Shown in pieces: positions 46,646 to 51,908 of a stretch of 51,908 nt of DNA. Under the pieces are notes generated by a model. The model was not told where the DNA came from. It was given only the letters and a program-made list of their open reading frames with translations, and searched no databases. The position numbers and the translations under genes were made by a program. Every line of letters begins with the position of its first letter. Position 1 is the stretch's first letter. The DNA is from Candidatus Aenigmatarchaeota archaeon (GTDB lineage: Archaea; Aenigmatarchaeota; Aenigmatarchaeia; CG10238-14; SpSt-28). Where the stretch lies: contig JAVVFY010000005.1 of the NCBI GenBank assembly GCA_032249395.1, forward strand, positions 1-51,908. Reading direction: 5' to 3'.

Positions 46646-47752
46646 ATGTCTAGTGAGAATTTTTTGTTTTTTAAAAAATTGTACGAAGAATACAAGAAGT
46701 TTTCAAAAGATTTTCTAATAGAGAATTATAGGTATTGGATTGGAAGCAAAAAAATGAGAAGATATAAACTAGAGGAGGCGTCCAAATTTAGAGTAGAAAC
46801 TTTTTTTTCATTTTTGGATATTATCAGATTTCTTTATTATTATGGAGACATAATCAAGGTTATAAGGAAATACAATGATGATGTTTGGTTTGGCTATGAG
46901 ATATTGAAGTTTCTTTTAGAAAAGAATTTGGTTAAAGTTAGCGGAAACAAAATAATATTTATAGATAGTTATGGAGATTTTTTCATAAAGCCTATAAGCG
47001 ATTTAACAATATTAAAAAAACTAAGGAAGAGTGTTAAAAGAAAAATAAATCTTAATAAACCTTTAGTTTATAATTTTAATCCTCATTCAAAATTTAAGTG
47101 GAAATCTAAATACGACCAAATACCAATAACAACCAAGTCAGCAATATTTATTCTCTCGAAAATTTCGTATTATTTTCCTGCCAGACTAAATTTTGCTTTT
47201 GTTGGTGATGACGATTTTCTTTCTGTAGCATTCAATCTTATTTTTAATTCAAATACTTTTTCAATAGATAAAGATAAGTTTGTGATTAGCGAGATTGATA
47301 AAATATGCAGTAAATTTGGTGCTAAGGTTATTACTTTAGAGCACGATATAAGAAAGTTAAAAAAGATAGATACTTTTTATGGTTGTTACACCAATCCTCC
47401 TTATAACATTTCTGGTTCTCTTAAGTTTGTAAGGTTTTCGACGAATCTTTTATCTAAAGATGGTGGAGCTATATTTTTAATTTTAGGAAGTGATGCAATA
47501 AAAAGAAGAGGAGTTTTCTTTCAAAAAGAAATTAGCAATTATGGTTTAATATTAAGAGAGTTAACTCCCTCTATCATATCTTACGAATTTAATCCACATC
47601 ACAAGGAAGATGTAATAATACAAAAGAAGATGAAATCAATTGGAATAAAAATAGAGAAAAAAGAAACAATGTTTGCCGCTTTTTATGTTTTGGAATATGT
47701 TGGGAAGTTTAGAAATTTTAAACTACCATCAGGAATTTATTCTTATGTTTGA
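46646..47752 (+). CDS. bpsA: Branched-chain polyamine synthase BpsA-like aminopropyltransferase
   Basis: YDQ, FVGDDDFLS, HDIRK, TNPPY; directly upstream of an AdoMet decarboxylase. Confidence 0.75.
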   Translation: MSSENFLFFKKLYEEYKKFSKDFLIENYRYWIGSKKMRRYKLEEASKFRVETFFSFLDIIRFLYYYGDIIKVIRKYNDDVWFGYEILKFLLEKNLVKVSGNKIIFIDSYGDFFIKPISDLTILKKLRKSVKRKINLNKPLVYNFNPHSKFKWKSKYDQIPITTKSAIFILSKISYYFPARLNFAFVGDDDFLSVAFNLIFNSNTFSIDKDKFVISEIDKICSKFGAKVITLEHDIRKLKKIDTFYGCYTNPPYNISGSLKFVRFSTNLLSKDGGAIFLILGSDAIKRRGVFFQKEISNYGLILRELTPSIISYEFNPHHKEDVIIQKKMKSIGIKIEKKETMFAAFYVLEYVGKFRNFKLPSGIYSYV

Positions 47753-47821
47753 TAAAAAATTTAAAGTGAAACTTTAACAACAAATTAGGAGACTTTGGGA
47801 GGATGGGTAGTAGATTGTAAA

Positions 47822-48166
47822 ATGAAGGTAAAACATTTGAATGCAAAATTGGAAAATTGTAATATAGAAGAAAGTTTGTTTAGTGATGAGCTTTTTGTTA
47901 AAAAAGTTCTCGATGAAATAGTTAATAAATTGAACATGACTTTTATTAAGGAGATCTCTTTCAAGTTTAACCCTAAAGGATTAAGCGTTATTTATTTGAT
48001 TGCAGAAAGCCACATAGCAATACATACATGGCCAGAGTTAAGGTTGATAGATTTAGAAATCGTAACTTGCAAGGAAGATTCTGATGTTATGGAAAGTTTA
48101 GAAATTGCTGTAAATTACTTTAAACCAAAAAATGTGGAAAAAAACTATTGGGAATATAGTTTTTAG
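47822..48166 (+). CDS. speD: S-adenosylmethionine decarboxylase proenzyme
   Basis: FNPKGLS...AESHIAIHTWPE...TC (pyruvoyl ES cleavage site). Confidence 0.9.
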   Translation: MKVKHLNAKLENCNIEESLFSDELFVKKVLDEIVNKLNMTFIKEISFKFNPKGLSVIYLIAESHIAIHTWPELRLIDLEIVTCKEDSDVMESLEIAVNYFKPKNVEKNYWEYSF

Positions 48167-48205
48167 TGTGTTAGAGGTTTGTGTATAAAATATATTGTAT
48201 TTAGC

Positions 48206-49345
48206 TCAAGTGAAATCCGAATGCTTTATTTTCATTTCCTCTTCGCTTATTTTCTCAATTCTTGTAATAATGTAAAGGTAAGCTTCTAACGAAAATAAAG
48301 TTCTTAACTCAAAGATAGATTTTTTAGGGTCTGTAGGATAGTAGCTTGTTATAAGTCCATCTAAATTTTCTTCAATCCTGCCTGGAATTAAAACCAATGC
48401 GTCTGCTATCTTCGCTAATTCTTTATTTTTATTAGATGTTATAATTCCTATATTTGCGCCCTTTTCTTTTGCAATAGAAGCGTATCTGTAAAATTTTTCT
48501 CTACCAGAACCAGAAATAATTAGTAATAGATCTTTTTCCCTAACGCTTACGTTTCCAGCATCTGTATAAAAACTAACGTCTCTCTCATCATTTTCTTTCG
48601 CACAGTGTCTGAATCTTGTAACAAAAAATTTACCTACTATTCCCGAAAAACCTTCTCCAACAACCACAGTTTTACCACTTAGAGGATTGTGTAGAGACCT
48701 GGGTTTAGGTGTTATATTGTATAAGTTTTCAAATTCTTTTTGGTTGGGAGAAAATTCCCTAATCGATTCGCAAAGTTTAAGGTAAATATCTTTAGCTTTT
48801 CCTTCTTGGATGCTTCCTACAAACGACATCAATGTTAATAACAACCTAAGTTCGAATAAAGTGCCTAGTGGTGTTAAAGGGGAATCAGATTCTCCTATTA
48901 TTACTTTACCTAATCTTTCTGTTGAGACATCTACTTTGGTTCGACCTTTTATGTTAATAACATAGTCAGAAAGTAATCCAATTTCTGAAGTAGGATAGGA
49001 CGTAAAGCTTATTATTTTTGCACCAACTTTTCTTCCTATTCTTCCTACTTCTTTTGGCAGTTCTGAAGTTCCGCTACCTGAGAAAAGTAGAATTAAATCA
49101 CTTGAAGTTAACTTGTAAGGAATTGTGTTTGGATCGAAAGAATTATACCCTAAATTTCTTAAATAGGAACTAAAAATTTCAGCAACATAGCCTGTTCTTC
49201 CAACACCAACGCATATAATTCTTTTGTTTTTATGTTTTCTAAGCTCTTCTTTGAGAAAAGAGAACTTTTCTTCTTCTAAGTCTAGTTCGCAAACGAGATC
49301 ACAAAGACTTTTATAAGCTTTTGGCAATTCTTCAAACGAATACAT
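48206..49345 (-). CDS. Tandem SIS-domain protein (6-phospho-3-hexuloisomerase-like)
   Basis: Two units: GVGRTG..FSGSGT..PLGTLFE and GEGFSG..ISGSGR..SIFE. Confidence 0.8.
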   Translation of the reverse strand: MYSFEELPKAYKSLCDLVCELDLEEEKFSFLKEELRKHKNKRIICVGVGRTGYVAEIFSSYLRNLGYNSFDPNTIPYKLTSSDLILLFSGSGTSELPKEVGRIGRKVGAKIISFTSYPTSEIGLLSDYVINIKGRTKVDVSTERLGKVIIGESDSPLTPLGTLFELRLLLTLMSFVGSIQEGKAKDIYLKLCESIREFSPNQKEFENLYNITPKPRSLHNPLSGKTVVVGEGFSGIVGKFFVTRFRHCAKENDERDVSFYTDAGNVSVREKDLLLIISGSGREKFYRYASIAKEKGANIGIITSNKNKELAKIADALVLIPGRIEENLDGLITSYYPTDPKKSIFELRTLFSLEAYLYIITRIEKISEEEMKIKHSDFT

Positions 49346-49387
49346 ATAATTATTGAAAATTTAATTAGAAATGTTGTTATCTAAAAT

Positions 49388-50227
49388 ATGTCGAAAAGAT
49401 TTAGATCTATCCTAGAAAAGAATTTTGAGAATTTCGAAAATGTTTTACCTAAAGGCTATCAAAAAATTGGAGATATAGTAATAATTTCTCTTCATCCAAG
49501 TCTTATAAAGTACGAGAAAAAAATAGGAGAAATTATCCTTAAAAATATACCAAATGTTAGAGTTGTTTGTAGAAAAACAGGTCCAGTAGAAGGAGAAATA
49601 AAAAAACCTCAATTGAAAGTAATAGCAGGAGATAAAAATACAGAAACTATTCATAAAGAGGGTAAATGCATTTACAAGATGGATGTTAGAAAGATAATGT
49701 TTTCAAAAGGAAACATAAACGAAAGACATAGGCTTCAAAAGCAAGTGAAGGAAGGAGAGGTTGTTGTTGACCTTTTTGCCGGTATTGGGTATTTTTCAAT
49801 TGGAATAGCAAAATTTTGCAATCCAAAAATAATTTATGCTATTGATATTAATCCAATTGCGATAGAGTATTTGAGGGAAAACATAAAATTAAATAAAGTC
49901 GAGGGAAAAATAGTTCCTATACTTGGGGATTGTAGAGAAGTTGTTAGAAAATTGGGTAAAGTTGCAGATAGAGTTATAATGGGGTTTCTGCCAGGAACTT
50001 ATAGATTTTTAGATTCTGCTTTTTCTGTTCTAAAGGAAGAAGGGGGAATAATTCACTATCACGATGCATTTAAAGAAGAAGAGTTATTCGAAAAACCAAT
50101 AGAAATACTTAAAAATGCTGCTGAAAGAAATGGGTATAAGCTTTCTGAAATATTGTATAAAGGAATAGTAAAATCTTACGCCCCAAGAATATATCATATT
50201 GTCATAGATGCAAAATTTTCTAAATAA
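49388..50227 (+). CDS. Trm5/Taw2-family SAM-dependent tRNA modification enzyme (Taw2-like)
   Basis: IGDIVII, MFSKGNINER, DLFAGIGYF, DRVIMG, IHYH. Confidence 0.82.
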   Translation: MSKRFRSILEKNFENFENVLPKGYQKIGDIVIISLHPSLIKYEKKIGEIILKNIPNVRVVCRKTGPVEGEIKKPQLKVIAGDKNTETIHKEGKCIYKMDVRKIMFSKGNINERHRLQKQVKEGEVVVDLFAGIGYFSIGIAKFCNPKIIYAIDINPIAIEYLRENIKLNKVEGKIVPILGDCREVVRKLGKVADRVIMGFLPGTYRFLDSAFSVLKEEGGIIHYHDAFKEEELFEKPIEILKNAAERNGYKLSEILYKGIVKSYAPRIYHIVIDAKFSK

Positions 50228-51062
50228 TTTTCGCATCTATACAAACTTTATATAGCCTAACACCAAACCTCCCAACTATTCTTTTGTATAAGATTTCAAC
50301 TTTTCTTCCTAATTTTTCAACCTCTTTTATCAAAATCTCTATAGCATCTTGAAAAAGTCTTTCTTCAGAGGAGATGAAATAAAAGTGTAATATGCCATTT
50401 TGCTTTAAGCATTTAATTGCAGTTTCTAAATGCTTCCAACCTTCTGTTGCAAAAGGCATTATAACTCTGTCACAAATGCCAAAATAATCCTTACATTTTT
50501 CTTCTACATCACCAAGTATTGGAATTATTTTATCCGATAATTTATTTATTCTTATATTTTCCTGCATGTAGTAAAATGCATCTGGATTTATTTCTATTGC
50601 TATTATTTTTCCCACGTTTGGTTGCTTCTTACAAATTGCTATCCCATAAACTCCTGTACCTGCAAACATTAACATTACAATTTCATTTGGTTTTACTTGG
50701 GATGCTATTCTTTGCCTTTCAGTTGATTCGCGAGGAGAAAAATAGGCCTTTCTAGGATCGACCTTAATAATATATCCATATTCTTTGTGGATTACTTCTG
50801 TATTTTCGTCGCCAGCTATCAACTCTAGATTGTAAAGTCTGTATTGTCCTATTCTTCCAGACAACTTTTTTAAAACACTTTTGACGTTTTTGTTAAGCTT
50901 CATTATAGCTTCTGCTATTAACTTATCCTTAGACTCGAGCTCTCTTCTAATTTTAACTATTGCTACAGCTTTTCCTTTAGAACCTATTATATCGAAGCTT
51001 CTGGGAACAAATTTTAATTCTTCTTCGCTTAGCTTATCTTTTAGTAATTCTCTTAGATCCAT
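50220..51062 (-). CDS. Trm5-like tRNA (guanine-37-N1) methyltransferase
   Basis: PRSFDIIG, HKEYG, YFSPRESTER, MFAGTG, EINP, DRVIMP. Confidence 0.82.
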   Translation of the reverse strand: MDLRELLKDKLSEEELKFVPRSFDIIGSKGKAVAIVKIRRELESKDKLIAEAIMKLNKNVKSVLKKLSGRIGQYRLYNLELIAGDENTEVIHKEYGYIIKVDPRKAYFSPRESTERQRIASQVKPNEIVMLMFAGTGVYGIAICKKQPNVGKIIAIEINPDAFYYMQENIRINKLSDKIIPILGDVEEKCKDYFGICDRVIMPFATEGWKHLETAIKCLKQNGILHFYFISSEERLFQDAIEILIKEVEKLGRKVEILYKRIVGRFGVRLYKVCIDAKII

Positions 51063-51129
51063 AAAAAATTTTTAATTTTGCTTATAACTTGTTTGGAGAA
51101 ACTTTTTTATAGCTTATGTAAAAAATTAA

Positions 51130-51879
51130 ATGAGGCTATTGCTAGAGCTTACGTCCACTAAAGATTGCGAGTATGATCTTAAATACTATCATAAACTTCA
51201 GGGATTTATTTATTCTCTTTTAAGAGACACACCATATTCTGTTTTGCATGATAAGAAAGGCTACAAATTTTTCTGTTTTTCAAATATTTTTCCTGTACCA
51301 GAGGATGGAAAGATAAAAATGGGAGATAAAAAGAAACTATTGATTTCAAGTCCAGATAAACTTTTCATAAATTTTTTGGAAGAAAGAATAAAGGAGAGAA
51401 AAGAAATTAACATAGGGGAAATGCAATTTGAATTGAATAATGTAAAGAGATTGAATGTTAAGTTAAGAAAGAATTTTGAGCTAATTACAGCTACCCCTAT
51501 TATAATTAGGATTCCTGAGAAGAATTATGAAAAGTATAAAATTCCAATGGAATTTAGGAAGAAAAGATATGTTTATTGGAGATCAATGTATTCTTTTGAA
51601 GCTTTCATCAAACAACTTGAGGAAAATTTGATTAAAAAATACAACGAGTTTTATAAAGCGAGTTTTTCTATTGACAGAATTTTTGAAATTTTTAGATTTA
51701 GAAAAGAAGTAGCAATACCTCTTATAATTAATGGAAGAGAGCAAATTGTAATTGGTTCTACTTGGAGTTTCATTTTTACTTATCTAACTAAAGAACAAAA
51801 GGAAATACTGGAGTTTGGAATTGATTGTGGATTTGGGGAAAGAAATAGTTTGGGGTTCGGATTTGTTAATGTGAAGTAA
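51130..51879 (+). CDS. cas6: CRISPR-associated endoribonuclease Cas6
   Basis: LQGFIYSLL, LHD..GYKFFCFS, ISSP, C-terminal Gly loop GFGERNSLGFG. Confidence 0.93.
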   Translation: MRLLLELTSTKDCEYDLKYYHKLQGFIYSLLRDTPYSVLHDKKGYKFFCFSNIFPVPEDGKIKMGDKKKLLISSPDKLFINFLEERIKERKEINIGEMQFELNNVKRLNVKLRKNFELITATPIIIRIPEKNYEKYKIPMEFRKKRYVYWRSMYSFEAFIKQLEENLIKKYNEFYKASFSIDRIFEIFRFRKEVAIPLIINGREQIVIGSTWSFIFTYLTKEQKEILEFGIDCGFGERNSLGFGFVNVK

Positions 51880-51908
51880 ATCATAACCTACACTAGTCTG
51901 ATTTTAGC

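Noticed and set aside
1-51908. CRISPR array, transposase or integrase
   Set aside because: No regularly spaced repeats and no recognisable recombinase motifs were seen by eye.

Overview
AT-rich archaeal chromosomal window. Compact genes, many apparently leaderless, GC-rich stable RNAs and a BpsA-type polyamine synthase suggest a thermophilic DPANN-like archaeon (inference; possibly Aenigmarchaeota-like). Contents: S-layer gene end; a suf cluster with an intein-containing SufB; glycosyltransferases; glycogen and glycolysis genes; an Lrp/peroxiredoxin/rubredoxin/superoxide-reductase cluster; translation, tRNA-modification and SRP genes; 5S rRNA; four tRNAs; BpsA-SpeD; a lone cas6; and several decayed accessory genes. 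Best novel candidate: both intron-containing tRNAs (Ser-UGA, 33-nt intron; Gln-UUG, 38-nt intron) carry the same hidden module inside unrelated mini-introns. It consists of an 8-nt antisense to the tRNA's own anticodon loop, then a D'-box, a short spacer and a C'-box. In both, the D+5 rule points exactly at U34, suggesting self-encoded minimal box C/D guides for wobble 2'-O-methylation. Also seen: a shared palindromic operator before sufC and sufS, an Lrp-type repeat beside the peroxiredoxin TATA box, and a transglutaminase-like surface protein with furin-like Cys repeats.
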